A DNA stretch of 64,000 bases from Thermoplasmata archaeon (GTDB taxonomy: Archaea > Thermoplasmatota > Thermoplasmata > Lutacidiplasmatales > UBA184): contig JBKQPJ010000008.1 of NCBI GenBank assembly GCA_052326305.1, forward strand, positions 28,498-92,497, read 5' to 3'. Shown here piece by piece: positions 9,413 through 19,402 of the stretch (position 1 is its first letter; every line of letters starts with the position of its first letter). The notes beneath the pieces are model-generated. The model searched no databases, was not told the DNA's origin, and saw only the letters and a program-made list of their open reading frames with translations. Both the position numbers and the translations under genes were made by a program.

Positions 9413-11743
9413 CTAAGAGGGTTGTGGCCTTGAGGAATCGTCGGGGGACGGCGCCGAACCGTCAGCCGGGATTTTGCGGAGGGGTTCGGGATCCAGCCAC
9501 CATACCGCTCCGGCCTCCGTCCGCTCGGTCCGGCGGATCGCCCCGAGCCGTCCAAGCCGGGCTCCGACACGACGGACGACCTCGGGGTCGGTAGGGTACC
9601 GGGCGCGCAGCTCCGCGAGGGGTAGGCGGAGAAGCCGACCGGCCTCGACGCTCCAAGACCGCTCCCGCAACCAGGCGATCGCCATCTCGGGCGGAGGTGT
9701 GGCGGCTCGGAAAGGGGAATCCGCGGGCCGCCCCGCGGCAGGATCCTCCCCGCGGCCGCCCGCTGCCGTGGTGGGGGGCGGGACCGGCCGGGGGATCCGT
9801 GCCGTTCTCACCCACCGGACCGACTGGCCTTTTCCGATCAGGACCGCCGCCTCCCCCCGCGGCAGCGCCAGAAGGCGCTCCGCCGGCACCCCCGGCGCGG
9901 CCCGCGCGAGCTCCCGCGCCTCCTCGGGGAGGCCGCGGAAGGCAACGAAATCGGCCACGTTCGTCCACGCCGCCTCCCGGACGTTCTCGGGGAGCGACGC
10001 GATCGATTGGGTGGCGAGGACCACGTGGACGTTGCGCCGCCGAGCGAGGCGGAGCATCTCGGCCAGGCTCTCGTGGGCGAACCATTGGGCCTCGTCGAGG
10101 AAGACGAACGTCTTCGATCCCGGTCCGGAGGCCAGCAGCTCCGACCAAACGAGCGCGAGGTAGACCGCGAGGAGGTAGCGCGCGGTCGCCTCCCCGACCC
10201 GGGCGGCGTCTCCCGAGACGAGCACGATCCGACCCGGTCGAACGAACTCGGCCGCGCTCAGCTCGGGGGTGCGCGCGCAGAGCATCCGGGCGAGCGTCGG
10301 GTTGCGGACCACTTCGTGGAGGAGCCGGCGGGCCCCGTCGGCGTCCTCGGGCCGCTCCCGGATCCGCGCGGCGAGCTCCCGAAGAGATTCTTCCGCGCCG
10401 GGCGGGGCGGCTCGTCGGGTCAGGCCCGAGGTCGAAAGGAGGGTGTGGGCGTCGGCGAGGGTCCCGCCGGGGAAGGCGGCGGCCGACCGAACCGCCCGCG
10501 TCAGCATCTCCTCGAGGCGGGGCCCCCAGAAGGAGTCGGCGTACCGGCCCGATCGGACTCGCCGTAGGGCGTGGACGATGTCGGCGATCCGCCGTTCGGC
10601 CCGCACCGGGTCGATCGCGGTACCGCCTCCGATCCCTTCGAGCGCGTTGATCGAGGGGGCGTCCTCTCCCGGGGAGATCGAGAGCACGGGTACCCCGGCC
10701 CCGGCGAGCTCTGAGCGGACCTCGCGGGCGGTCTCGCCGAGCGGATCGAGGAGGACGAGCCCCCCCTGTCGGGCCGCCCGGACCGCGAGCCCGACGATCA
10801 GCGAGCTCTTCCCCATCCCGGTCTCGCCGAGGATCGCGAGGTGGCGCCCTTGCGCGGGCTCGACGGGCACGCGGACCACGGTGCCTGCCGGCGTGCGGCC
10901 GAGGGGAAGTCCCCCGGACCCGATCGCTCCCAGGCCCGCACCCGAACCTCCGACCTCCCGCGGGGGCAGCACCGCGATCAGCTCGGCCGATGTGAGGAGG
11001 AAGCGGGGCTCGATCCGGAGGTAGGCGAGGGCGCGAGAGAACGAGATCCCGATCCCATCGATCCGCCTCCATGCGGCCTCCGCCGCGCCGATGGCGCGAC
11101 GACGCTCCTCGGCGGGAGCTGCCCGAGGCACCCTCACCCGCACCGTCGCGGTCCAGAGCGGCCCCGGGTCGCTCGCCACCGGGGTCGGCGGCGGGACCCG
11201 GAACGGTGCGGCTCTCCCACCGACCGGGGCCGGTCGGGGGATCCCTGCCGGCTCTAGATATCGCTCGAGATCCGGGAGTCGATAACGGTCGACGACCGGG
11301 GAGACGAGACAATCGAGCTCGGTCCCCGACCGGATCGCGGACAGGGCGAGCGCCGCGGTCAACACCACCGCCCCGCTTTCCGGGGGTGGGACCGGTCGCT
11401 CCCCCGGGAGTCCCCTCCTTCGGGCGAACAGGGTCTCGCCGCCGTCCGGGACCGGGTCCACGGGGGTCCGTCGCCACTGACCTGGGTCGTAGGCGCCCGC
11501 GAGGACCCGCTCGACCCATCGAACGGACGACGGGCCCCTCACTTCGAGCGAGATCGCCGGCTCGGGACCGGATCGCACCGCGACCCCCAGCGACACGCCG
11601 AGGCCGTGGCCGGCGCGCAGCGCTGTCTCCAACCTCGACCTCCCCCGGCTCGCTTCGTCCCGGACCATCGGCCCTTCCGCGCGGGAAACGAACCGCCACG
11701 CGGCCGCCTCGCCGGCCGGCCGGTGGGCCCCCGGGACACGCAC
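9413..11743 (-). CDS. HerA/FtsK/VirD4-like P-loop ATPase
   Basis: RHLAILGETGMGKS (Walker A), LLDPLGE, FVFLDEAQ (Walker B), VLATQS, LP.GEA; true start uncertain. Confidence 0.8.
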   Translation of the reverse strand: MRVPGAHRPAGEAAAWRFVSRAEGPMVRDEASRGRSRLETALRAGHGLGVSLGVAVRSGPEPAISLEVRGPSSVRWVERVLAGAYDPGQWRRTPVDPVPDGGETLFARRRGLPGERPVPPPESGAVVLTAALALSAIRSGTELDCLVSPVVDRYRLPDLERYLEPAGIPRPAPVGGRAAPFRVPPPTPVASDPGPLWTATVRVRVPRAAPAEERRRAIGAAEAAWRRIDGIGISFSRALAYLRIEPRFLLTSAELIAVLPPREVGGSGAGLGAIGSGGLPLGRTPAGTVVRVPVEPAQGRHLAILGETGMGKSSLIVGLAVRAARQGGLVLLDPLGETAREVRSELAGAGVPVLSISPGEDAPSINALEGIGGGTAIDPVRAERRIADIVHALRRVRSGRYADSFWGPRLEEMLTRAVRSAAAFPGGTLADAHTLLSTSGLTRRAAPPGAEESLRELAARIRERPEDADGARRLLHEVVRNPTLARMLCARTPELSAAEFVRPGRIVLVSGDAARVGEATARYLLAVYLALVWSELLASGPGSKTFVFLDEAQWFAHESLAEMLRLARRRNVHVVLATQSIASLPENVREAAWTNVADFVAFRGLPEEARELARAAPGVPAERLLALPRGEAAVLIGKGQSVRWVRTARIPRPVPPPTTAAGGRGEDPAAGRPADSPFRAATPPPEMAIAWLRERSWSVEAGRLLRLPLAELRARYPTDPEVVRRVGARLGRLGAIRRTERTEAGAVWWLDPEPLRKIPADGSAPSPDDSSRPQPS

Positions 11744-11855
11744 GGTCGACGCCGGACGGATGGCGGACGAAGGAGAGGTCGGCCTAGCCGAACGCTGAAA
11801 GCCGCCTCGTCAGCCTCAAGTAGCCCTCCCCCCACGCCGGGACGAGCGTCCCCCG

Positions 11856-12977
11856 ATGCCGTCGATGGAAGAGCAGATACTCGCCGTCGAGGAGGAGATC
11901 CGCAATACCTCTTACAACAAGGCGACCCAGGGGCACATCGGCCGGCTGAAGGCGAAGCTCGCGGTCCTCCGCCTCGAGCGGGAGTTCCGGGCGAAGGGTA
12001 AGGGCGGGGGCGCGGGGTACTCGGTCCGCAAGAGCGGTCACGCGACGGTCGGGCTCGTCGGGTACCCGTCCGTCGGCAAGTCGACGCTGCTGAACCGCCT
12101 GACCGCGGCGGAGAGCGAGACCGCGGCCTACGACTTCACGACGGTCTCGATCATCCCGGGAATGCTCCGCTGGAGCGGCGCCTCGATCCAGATCCTGGAT
12201 ATGCCCGGTCTCGTTCCCGGCGCCGCTACCGGCCGGGGGCGGGGCCGTGAGGTCCTGTCGGTCGTGCGGTCGACCGACCTCATCCTCTTCATGGTCGATC
12301 CGGAGCACCCGAACCTGCGGGCCCTCGTCCAGGAGCTCGAGGCCGCGGCCGTCCGCATCAACGCCCGCCCCCCGAAGGTCGTCATCCACCGCGTCGACCG
12401 CGGCGGGCTCACGATCTCGAGCACCGTGCGGCTGACCCACCTCGCCGGCGGCCTCGCGACCCCGATCGCTCGGGAGTTCGGCCTGCACAACGGCACCATC
12501 ATCTTCCGGGAGGACGCCACGGCGGACGAGCTGATCGACGTCCTGGCCGGCAACCGCGTCTACCTGCCCGCGCTCCTCGCCGTGAATAAGTCGGAGTACC
12601 TCACGGCGGACGACCGGGCCCGTCTCGCCGTCGCGACGCAGCCGTTCGTGCCGTCGTACATCAGCGCGCGCGACGGCACCGGGCTCACCGAGCTCGTCAA
12701 TCGCATCGGCCGGGCCCTGCGGTTCATACGGATCTACGTGAAGCCCCCCGGACGTCCGCCGGACCGGGAGGAGCCGGTGATCCTCCGGCGGGGCGATTCC
12801 GTTACGGAGCTGCTCCGGCGGCTTCCGGGGGATCTCGACAAGACGTTCAAGGCCGCCCAGATCTGGGGGCCGAGCGCCCGGTTCCCGGGTCAGACGGTCG
12901 GGCGGGACCACGTCCTCGACGACGAGGACGTCGTCACGATCGTCGTCGCCCGCGGGTCGGCGCGCGCGAGCGAGTGA
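11856..12977 (+). CDS. drg: DRG-family OBG GTPase with TGS domain
   Basis: NKAT..HIG.LKAKLA, GYPSVGKST, Y.FTT, GRGRE, NK, FPGQ.VG.DH.L.DED. Confidence 0.95.
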   Translation: MPSMEEQILAVEEEIRNTSYNKATQGHIGRLKAKLAVLRLEREFRAKGKGGGAGYSVRKSGHATVGLVGYPSVGKSTLLNRLTAAESETAAYDFTTVSIIPGMLRWSGASIQILDMPGLVPGAATGRGRGREVLSVVRSTDLILFMVDPEHPNLRALVQELEAAAVRINARPPKVVIHRVDRGGLTISSTVRLTHLAGGLATPIAREFGLHNGTIIFREDATADELIDVLAGNRVYLPALLAVNKSEYLTADDRARLAVATQPFVPSYISARDGTGLTELVNRIGRALRFIRIYVKPPGRPPDREEPVILRRGDSVTELLRRLPGDLDKTFKAAQIWGPSARFPGQTVGRDHVLDDEDVVTIVVARGSARASE

Positions 12978-13698
12978 CCGGACCCGGCGGCCGCGCCCCC
13001 GCGGCCCGCAGCACGCCCCCGATCAGGTAGTGGCCCCGGTGGAACGGCTCGAGCCGCACCCCGCGCTCGAGGTCGACCCCGTCGGCGAGGCTCGATTCGG
13101 CGCCTTCGAGGTGCCGGATCGCCGAGAGATCGCGGCCCATGCTCGCGGTCTTCAGGGCCATGAGGAGCGCCGCCCCATCCCCGGAGAGGAGGAGCTCGGC
13201 GTTCCGTTGCACGATCTCGACCTGGTCGGGCTGGGCGACATCGGCGTACACGCCGTGGACGACGGGAACGAGGTCCGCGTACGAACCAGGATCGCGCGCG
13301 TCGCCCAGGATCGGGAGCAGGCTGGGCCATCGCGCGCTCGTGGCGAGCAGGCGAGCGAACGGCCGGAGGCTCCGCTCGACCGCGTAAACGCTTCCGGACG
13401 GCCCGACAAGGTCGGCGACGTGGGAGGCGGTCGTGCCGCTCGCGGCTCCGAGGTACAGCCAGCGCTCGCCGGGCCGTGGGATCGGACCGGACCAGCCCGC
13501 GGCGATCCCGGCCGCCAGCTTCGACCGAGCTGGCTCGAAGCGACGGAACCTGCGCCCGTCGCGCTCGATCCACCCTTCCCCGTAGACGGGGGGCAGCTCC
13601 CCGACCGCCTCGGTCCAGAGCTCGACGCGGTCGGCGAGGCGGCGACGCAGGAGCCGCGGGGAGAAACGGTCCTCCTCGAACGGCCGCGCGGTCCTCAC
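12934..13698 (-). CDS. flpA: Fibrillarin rRNA/tRNA 2'-O-methyltransferase
   Basis: VYGE, RSKLAA, LYLGAASGTT.SHV.D, DVAQPDQ, LEPFH..H; GTG 13698 overlaps the nop5 stop. Confidence 0.93.
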   Translation of the reverse strand: MRTARPFEEDRFSPRLLRRRLADRVELWTEAVGELPPVYGEGWIERDGRRFRRFEPARSKLAAGIAAGWSGPIPRPGERWLYLGAASGTTASHVADLVGPSGSVYAVERSLRPFARLLATSARWPSLLPILGDARDPGSYADLVPVVHGVYADVAQPDQVEIVQRNAELLLSGDGAALLMALKTASMGRDLSAIRHLEGAESSLADGVDLERGVRLEPFHRGHYLIGGVLRAAGARPPGPVTRSRAPTRGRRRS

Positions 13699-14612
13699 CG
13701 GGACCTCCGACGGAGCTCCTCGATACGGCGGTCCCGCCGGCGGGTCAGACCGGGCGCGATCGGGGCGCGCGTCGTCGCATCGGCTCGCACGGCGATCGCG
13801 GCCAGGGCCGCGAGGCTCCGAGCGTACGCCCCCCGACGCTCGACCGGCACGTCCCCCATCCGCTCGGCCCGGAAGATCACGCCGAACCTCGGTCCCCGGT
13901 CGGGGGACGGTCGGCGGCGGGACCCGAGCAGCTGCAACCGCGGCGCGCGCATCCTTCCGAGAGGCGCCACCCCGCCCGCGGCGGCGACGAGCCGCGCCGC
14001 GACCCGGGCCCCCACGACGGCCGAGAGGTTCGGGACGACCTCGCGGGCTGCATTCTCGACCGTCTCGACGAGCGCCCGGTGATGGTGCTCGAGGGTGCCC
14101 CGGGCCGAAGCCCAGCGGGCCGAATACTCGACCAGCGGGGATCCCGGCACGGTCAGCATCGCTTCGGCGGCCCGTTGCTCGCGACCGACCGCCCGCTCGA
14201 GGCGCTCCTCCTCCCGCGCCAACGTGACGAGCACCTCCTCGGGCGCGCGGAGGGCGCGGGCGAGGCTCGAGGTGGCGATCTCTCGCAGGTACGCCCGTTC
14301 GGCGGACGGCTCGGGGCGCGGCAGCAGGCGGCGGCCGCGACGCCACTCCACCACGGTCGCCGGGGCCACGCGCCTTCCCGTCCGGAGCGCGAGGGCCCGG
14401 ACGAGCTCCGGGCCGGCGGCGTGGACCTCGACATCGGCCGGGAGCTCGGCGACCGCGCCCGCCAGGGACGCCGGGACCGTTTCCGGCGCGAGGCCCGCTC
14501 CGGGGCGGGGGGGTTCCCGGCCGACCGGTGGGCGGTGGACCACGGGCCGATCGCTTCCGGGGGGGAACAGATAGAGCGCCGGCCCGAACGGGATGACGAG
14601 CGCCGCGCTCAC
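13695..14612 (-). CDS. nop5: Nop5/Nop56-like box C/D RNP protein (divergent)
   Basis: PNLSAVVG..VAARL...AGG...L..M....LQLLG, GVIF, RG..AR.LA.....A.R.D; adjacent to fibrillarin. Confidence 0.85.
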   Translation of the reverse strand: MSAALVIPFGPALYLFPPGSDRPVVHRPPVGREPPRPGAGLAPETVPASLAGAVAELPADVEVHAAGPELVRALALRTGRRVAPATVVEWRRGRRLLPRPEPSAERAYLREIATSSLARALRAPEEVLVTLAREEERLERAVGREQRAAEAMLTVPGSPLVEYSARWASARGTLEHHHRALVETVENAAREVVPNLSAVVGARVAARLVAAAGGVAPLGRMRAPRLQLLGSRRRPSPDRGPRFGVIFRAERMGDVPVERRGAYARSLAALAAIAVRADATTRAPIAPGLTRRRDRRIEELRRRSR

Positions 14613-14615
14613 GCG

Positions 14616-16022
14616 CTAGAACTCCCCAAGCGACTTCTGGAACCGGTGACGCTCCTCGGGGACCTCGACCGGGTACTTTCCCGTGAGGCACCCAAGGCAA
14701 AGGCGGTCGCCCTTCAGGCCGATCGACTCGACCAGCCCGGGGAGCGAGAGGTACCGCACGCTGTCCGCCCCGATGATCACCGCGATCTCCGCCTCCGAGC
14801 GGCCGTGGGCGACGAGCTCCTTGCGTTCCTTCATGTCGACGCCGAAGTAGCAGGGCGCCACGATCGGCGGGCAGCCGATCCGGACGTCGATCCGGGTCGC
14901 CCCGGCGGCGCGGACCATCTGCACGATCTCGCGGAGCGTCGTGCCCCGGACGATCGAGTCGTCGAGCAGGACGACGCGCTTTCCCTTGAGCAGCCCGGGC
15001 ACCGGATGGAGCTTCACGCGCACCTCGAACTCCCGGCGGCGCTGGTCGGGGAGGATGAACGTACGCTCGACGAACCGGTTCTTGATCAGCGCCTCGGCGT
15101 ACGGGATCCCCGAGCGCTCCGCGAACCCGAGCGCCTGCGGACGCGCCGAATCCGGTACCGGCACGACGATGTCCGCCTCCACCGGGCTCTCCTCCGCGAG
15201 CCGCCGGCCGATCCGATGGCGGACGTCGTACACCGGCTGGCCCTCCGCGATCGAATCGGGACGCGAGAAGTACACCCACTCGAACATGCAGTGCGCCTGC
15301 TCGCCGTTCCCCGGGATGTGCGAGGTATGCGCGAGCTGGCCCTTCTCGAGGACGACGACCTCGCCGGGCCCGACCTCGCGGATCGCCCGACCGCCCATCA
15401 TCTCGAGGGCGACCGACTCGCTCGCGACCGCCACGCCCCCGTCGATCGTCCCGAAGACCAGCGGTCGGATCCCGAGCGGGTCCCGGAACCCGTAGACCTT
15501 CGACCCCGCGAGGAGCACGACCGCATACCCTCCGACGATCTCCGTGCATGCCCGGCGGATCGCGGCGTCGAGGTCGCGGGTCCTTCCGAACTCGAGGGCG
15601 ATCATCTGGGCCATCGTCTCGGTGTCGGCGTTCCCGAGCAGGTCCACGCCCTGGGCCTGGAGCCGGCGGCGGATCCGGTCGAAGTTGACGATGTCGCCGT
15701 TGTGGGCGATCGCCGCGTCCTGGTCGTGGATCTTGACGACGATCGGCTGCGCGTTCTCGAGGTCGCTCGACCCCGTCGTGGAGTAGCGCACGTGCCCGAT
15801 GCCGACCGGTCCGCGCAGGGTGTCAAGCATCTCCTGGGTGAAGATCTCGTGGACGAGGCCCATCCCCTTGCGGTGGAACAGCTTCCCGTGGCTCGTCGTG
15901 CCGATCCCGGCCGACTCCTGGCCCCGGTGCTGCAGGGCCCGGAGGCCCCGGAACAGGTAGGGGGCCGCCCCCTTGCCCTGCAGCGAGACCCCCACTACGC
16001 CGCAGAACTCGCGTGCCGGCAT
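14616..16022 (-). CDS. purF: Amidophosphoribosyltransferase
   Basis: EFCGVVG (Ntn Cys), LQHRGQE, GHVRYST, HNG, C.FEWVYFSRPDS, DDSIVRGTT, CLGCLTG.YP. Confidence 0.98.
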   Translation of the reverse strand: MPAREFCGVVGVSLQGKGAAPYLFRGLRALQHRGQESAGIGTTSHGKLFHRKGMGLVHEIFTQEMLDTLRGPVGIGHVRYSTTGSSDLENAQPIVVKIHDQDAAIAHNGDIVNFDRIRRRLQAQGVDLLGNADTETMAQMIALEFGRTRDLDAAIRRACTEIVGGYAVVLLAGSKVYGFRDPLGIRPLVFGTIDGGVAVASESVALEMMGGRAIREVGPGEVVVLEKGQLAHTSHIPGNGEQAHCMFEWVYFSRPDSIAEGQPVYDVRHRIGRRLAEESPVEADIVVPVPDSARPQALGFAERSGIPYAEALIKNRFVERTFILPDQRRREFEVRVKLHPVPGLLKGKRVVLLDDSIVRGTTLREIVQMVRAAGATRIDVRIGCPPIVAPCYFGVDMKERKELVAHGRSEAEIAVIIGADSVRYLSLPGLVESIGLKGDRLCLGCLTGKYPVEVPEERHRFQKSLGEF

Positions 16023-16106
16023 CTCTCGGTCGGGGGCGGACAGGGCACCCCCGACCGAGCCAGCGGCCCGCGGGTCTTAAGCGGTGCGCCGCGCGCGAGG
16101 TCGACC

Positions 16107-16424
16107 TCAGCCGAAGAGGGCGGAGAGACCCTCGGCCGCCTCTTCCTCGGAGACGCCCTTCTCTTCCTTCTTCTCCTCTTCCTTCTTCTCGGGCTTGCCC
16201 TTCCCCTCGGCCGCCGGAGCGGCCGCGGGGGCGGCGAACGACTCGGCCTTCGTGAGCAGCTCGGCGAGGTTCACGCCCTCGAGCGAGGCGAGCAACGCCT
16301 TCACGCGCGGCACGTCCGGCGCGACGCCCGCCGCGCTCAGGACCCCGGAGAGCCCCTTCTCATCGATCGGCTTCTTGGCGGCATTCAGCAGCAACGCACC
16401 GTAGACGTACTCCATCTCTCTCAC
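16107..16424 (-). CDS. rpl12: 50S ribosomal protein P1 (L12p)
   Basis: [10 protein letters not shown], Ala-rich hinge, acidic tail ending EGLSALFG; start may be ATG 16415. Confidence 0.96.
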   Translation of the reverse strand: MREMEYVYGALLLNAAKKPIDEKGLSGVLSAAGVAPDVPRVKALLASLEGVNLAELLTKAESFAAPAAAPAAEGKGKPEKKEEEKKEEKGVSEEEAAEGLSALFG

Positions 16425-16446
16425 TCCGTGGACTTCGGGGGAACCC

Positions 16447-17307
16447 TCAGTGACCTGTCAGTTTTCCGACCGCCGCCGCCTCGCGGATCGCCTGCGCGAA
16501 GAGGGGGCCGACCGTTTCGGGAGTAGGGTAACCGGCGGCGACCGCGACCGCCAGGGCGGCGCGGTGGGCCCGGGTAACGAACCGCGAGATCGTCTCGGGG
16601 GCGATGATCCCGAGCTCGAGCGCGACCCCGAGGGCGCCCACGACCCCGCGGGCGATGTCGGCCCGGCGCGCGTCGAGGTCGACCGCGAGGACATCGGGCG
16701 GATAGAACGTGTCGCCGTCGACGACGGCGCGCAGCGTCAGCCCGACCTCGAGCGGGCGGATGTCGAGCCGCGTCAGGAGCCCCGCGACCTCGCGCGAGAT
16801 CGTACCGCCGGCCCGGACGATCGTCGTGTCCTTCTTGAGCACGACCTTGCCCTTCTCGATCGCCGCGGGGAAGCCGGCGTGCTGGAGCTCGCCGACGATC
16901 GGGCCGGGTTTGAAGCTGGTCGTCCCTCCCGGGACGACGATGTCGTTCGGGGCCAGCTCGCCGCCGCGGGCGGGGGTCGGGGAGCGGGTCTCGAAGAGCT
17001 CGTGCGCGAGCGAGAACGGATTCCCCTCGGCGGCGAGGACCGCCGTCTGGTCCTGGACCTGCTCGAGGAGCGGGCGCAGCGACGGGCGCGTCTCCGACGC
17101 GCGCTCGAGGGCATGGCGGATCGAGCTGTTCGTCGCGACGACGATCGGGTGGTCCCGGTTCCTCAGCTCCCGCCGCATCGTCTGGAGCGCCGAAGCCGGC
17201 ACGCCCCGCAGGCCGACGACGGCGGTGACCTTGTGGGAGAGCAATTGCTTCGCGAGCGCGTCGACCTGCGCGATCCTTTCCGGTCGGACCGATCCGCGTC
17301 CCGGCAT
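16447..17307 (-). CDS. rpl10: 50S ribosomal protein L10 (P0)
   Basis: LQ.MR..LR, NPF.L, AP.DIVVP.G.TSF.PGP, L..L.I.P.EVGL; lies between rpl1 and rpl12. Confidence 0.95.
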   Translation of the reverse strand: MPGRGSVRPERIAQVDALAKQLLSHKVTAVVGLRGVPASALQTMRRELRNRDHPIVVATNSSIRHALERASETRPSLRPLLEQVQDQTAVLAAEGNPFSLAHELFETRSPTPARGGELAPNDIVVPGGTTSFKPGPIVGELQHAGFPAAIEKGKVVLKKDTTIVRAGGTISREVAGLLTRLDIRPLEVGLTLRAVVDGDTFYPPDVLAVDLDARRADIARGVVGALGVALELGIIAPETISRFVTRAHRAALAVAVAAGYPTPETVGPLFAQAIREAAAVGKLTGH

Positions 17308-17317
17308 CGTCCCTGCC

Positions 17318-17947
17318 CTACCAGAGCCGAACGGCCGGGCCCATCGTCGTCTTGATGTAGACCGATTCGATGTTGGAGCGCCCCCGTTCGAGCTTCCCGA
17401 CGATGCGGGTGAGCACCACGTCGACGTTCTGGGCGATCAGCTCGGGCGTCATCCCGCGCGTGCCGACCGGGGCGTGGAACGTGCGCTTCCCCTTCGAGCG
17501 GACCCGGATCGAGCGCTTGAGGGCGTTGATCAGGTTCGTCGGATCGCTGCCCGGCGGGAGAGGGCGGGGCATCTTTCCCCGCGGGCCGAGCACGACGCCG
17601 AGCCGCTTACCGATCGTCGGCATCAGCGGGGCCTCGGCGAGGAAGAAGTCGATCGTCCCCACGGCCTTCTTCGCGCCCTTCGCGAACTCGTCGAGCTCGG
17701 CGGAGGTGATCACCACGTCGGCGACGTTCCGGATCTTCTGGCAGAGTTCGGGGGAGGCGATGACCGCGACCCGGACCGTCTTGCCGCGGCCGTTCGGGAG
17801 GGGGATGTCGTCCTCGACCCGGTTCTTCGGCAGCGAGAGGTCGAGGTCCTTGATGTTCACGGAGAGCTCGACGGTCTCCGAGAACTTGCGCTCGGGAGCC
17901 TTCCCGAGGGCTTCGGTGACCACTTCTACGGACGGACGGTCGGGCAT
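17318..17947 (-). CDS. rpl1: 50S ribosomal protein L1
   Basis: RKFSETVEL, LP.GRGK, LGVVLGPRGKMP, KTTMGP. Confidence 0.97.
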   Translation of the reverse strand: MPDRPSVEVVTEALGKAPERKFSETVELSVNIKDLDLSLPKNRVEDDIPLPNGRGKTVRVAVIASPELCQKIRNVADVVITSAELDEFAKGAKKAVGTIDFFLAEAPLMPTIGKRLGVVLGPRGKMPRPLPPGSDPTNLINALKRSIRVRSKGKRTFHAPVGTRGMTPELIAQNVDVVLTRIVGKLERGRSNIESVYIKTTMGPAVRLW

Positions 17948-17990
17948 CGCTCTCTCCGAGGTAAGGACGCGAGCGCGGCGAAAAGGCTTC

Positions 17991-18111
17991 CCTATATGAG
18001 CGTTCGCTCGCCGCTCGGCGAGCGCGGGTGGCCCGGGGAGGCCGTCCGCTCGCGCGGGGAGCGTTCCCCATCGCGTTCGTCGCCTCAGAGCCCGCCCTAA
18101 CTCATATATAG
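17991..18111. promoter_or_regulatory. Divergent promoter pair for the rpl1 and rpl44e operons
   Basis: CTCATATAGG on the minus strand (18000-17991) and CTCATATATAG on the plus strand (18101-18111). Confidence 0.6.
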
Positions 18112-18134
18112 CAAATCAACCTCGGGCGCCGCCG

Positions 18135-18422
18135 ATGCATTACCCTAAGACCGTGTCCACGTACTGCCCGAAGTGCAAGACGCACACGGACCACGAGGTC
18201 GAGAAAGGCAAGAAGCGCCCCGCTTCCGAGATGAAGTGGGGGCAGCGCCGCTTCCGCCGGGCGACCCGCGGCTACGGGGGCTTTCCGCGACCCAAGCCCG
18301 AGGGCCGGGCGAAGGCGGTCCGCCGGGTCTATCTCAAGTTCCGTTGCAAGAAATGCAAGTATACCGTCCAGCCGAGGAGCTGGCGGGCGAGCCAGCTCGA
18401 GCTCGTCGAGCAGCACAAGTAG
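18135..18422 (+). CDS. rpl44e: 50S ribosomal protein L44e
   Basis: TYCPKCKTHT.H.V, WGQR, GYGG.P.P, C..C. Confidence 0.97.
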   Translation: MHYPKTVSTYCPKCKTHTDHEVEKGKKRPASEMKWGQRRFRRATRGYGGFPRPKPEGRAKAVRRVYLKFRCKKCKYTVQPRSWRASQLELVEQHK

Positions 18423-18430
18423 GAGGACCG

Positions 18431-18607
18431 ATGCGAGGACCAGCCCCCTTCTGGGTCGTGAAGTGCCCCGACTGCTCGACCGAGCAGACGATCTTCAGCC
18501 GCCCCGCGACCGTCGTCAACTGCGGCGTCTGCGGCGCCAACCTCGCGACGCCGACCGGCGGCCAGGCGCAGCTTCGGGGGGAGCGCGTGCGCTCCCTCGA
18601 GGGCTAG
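18431..18607 (+). CDS. rps27e: 30S ribosomal protein S27e
   Basis: VKCPDC..EQ.IF.RP.T.V.C.VCG..LA.PTGG; AGGAGG Shine-Dalgarno upstream. Confidence 0.96.
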   Translation: MRGPAPFWVVKCPDCSTEQTIFSRPATVVNCGVCGANLATPTGGQAQLRGERVRSLEG

Positions 18608-18625
18608 GCAGGTCCGGCGGGACGG

Positions 18626-19402
18626 ATGGCCCTTCGCGCGGAACTCCCCGAGGAAGGGGAGCTGGTCATCGGGACCGTCACCTCGATCCGGAACTTTGGG
18701 GCGTTCGTCACCCTCGACGAGTACGCGAAGCGCGAGGCATTCATCCACCTCTCCGAGGTCGCCGCGGGCTGGGTCAAGTACATCCGGGACCACATCCGCG
18801 AGGGCCAGAAGATCGTCGCGCGGGTACTGCGCGTCGACCCCGCGAAGAACCAGATCGATCTCTCCCTGAAGCGGATCAACGACCATCAGCGGCGGGAGAA
18901 GGTCCAGGCCTGGAAGAACGAGCTGCGCGCGATGCGCCTCGTCGAGCAGGTCGCGACCGCGCTGGGGAAGACGGGGGAGGAGGCGCTCGAGCTCATCGGG
19001 CCCCCGCTGATCGAGCGGTACGCCTCGCTCTTCGCGGCCTTCGAGATCGCGTCGGCCGACCCGAAGCGGTTCCAGAAGGAGAATGAGAAGTCCGCCTGGG
19101 CGACCGCGTTCCTCAAGGTCGCCCGGGAGAACATCCTCCCGCCCCAGGTCACGATCCTCGGCACGCTCGAGATCTCCGACCGCGCGGCGGACGGCGTCGA
19201 CCACGTCCGGGCGGCCCTCGCGGCGGCCGAGGCGGCGGACAAGGAGGCGGTCGAGGTCCAGTACGTCGGCGCCCCCCGGTACCGCATCCGCGTCCAGGCG
19301 CCCCAGTACAAGCAGGCCGAGGAGACCCTGAAGCGGGCGACCGAGGCGGCGCTCAAGTCGATCCGGGCCGCGGGCGGCGAGGGGAGCTTCGCGCGCGCAT
19401 GA
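18626..19402 (+). CDS. eif2a: Translation initiation factor 2 alpha subunit
   Basis: S1 domain PEEGELVIGTV...FIH.SEVA.GW, IDLSLKR, YVGAPRYRI. Confidence 0.97.
   Translation: MALRAELPEEGELVIGTVTSIRNFGAFVTLDEYAKREAFIHLSEVAAGWVKYIRDHIREGQKIVARVLRVDPAKNQIDLSLKRINDHQRREKVQAWKNELRAMRLVEQVATALGKTGEEALELIGPPLIERYASLFAAFEIASADPKRFQKENEKSAWATAFLKVARENILPPQVTILGTLEISDRAADGVDHVRAALAAAEAADKEAVEVQYVGAPRYRIRVQAPQYKQAEETLKRATEAALKSIRAAGGEGSFARA

Noticed and set aside
9413..11743. Conjugative element or HerA-based defence system
   Set aside because: No relaxase, T4SS membrane genes, nuclease or SIR2 partner nearby; embedded among core genes.
17948..17990. L1 autoregulatory mRNA structure in the rpl1 leader
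   Set aside because: A hairpin is possible, but I cannot identify the L1-binding motif.
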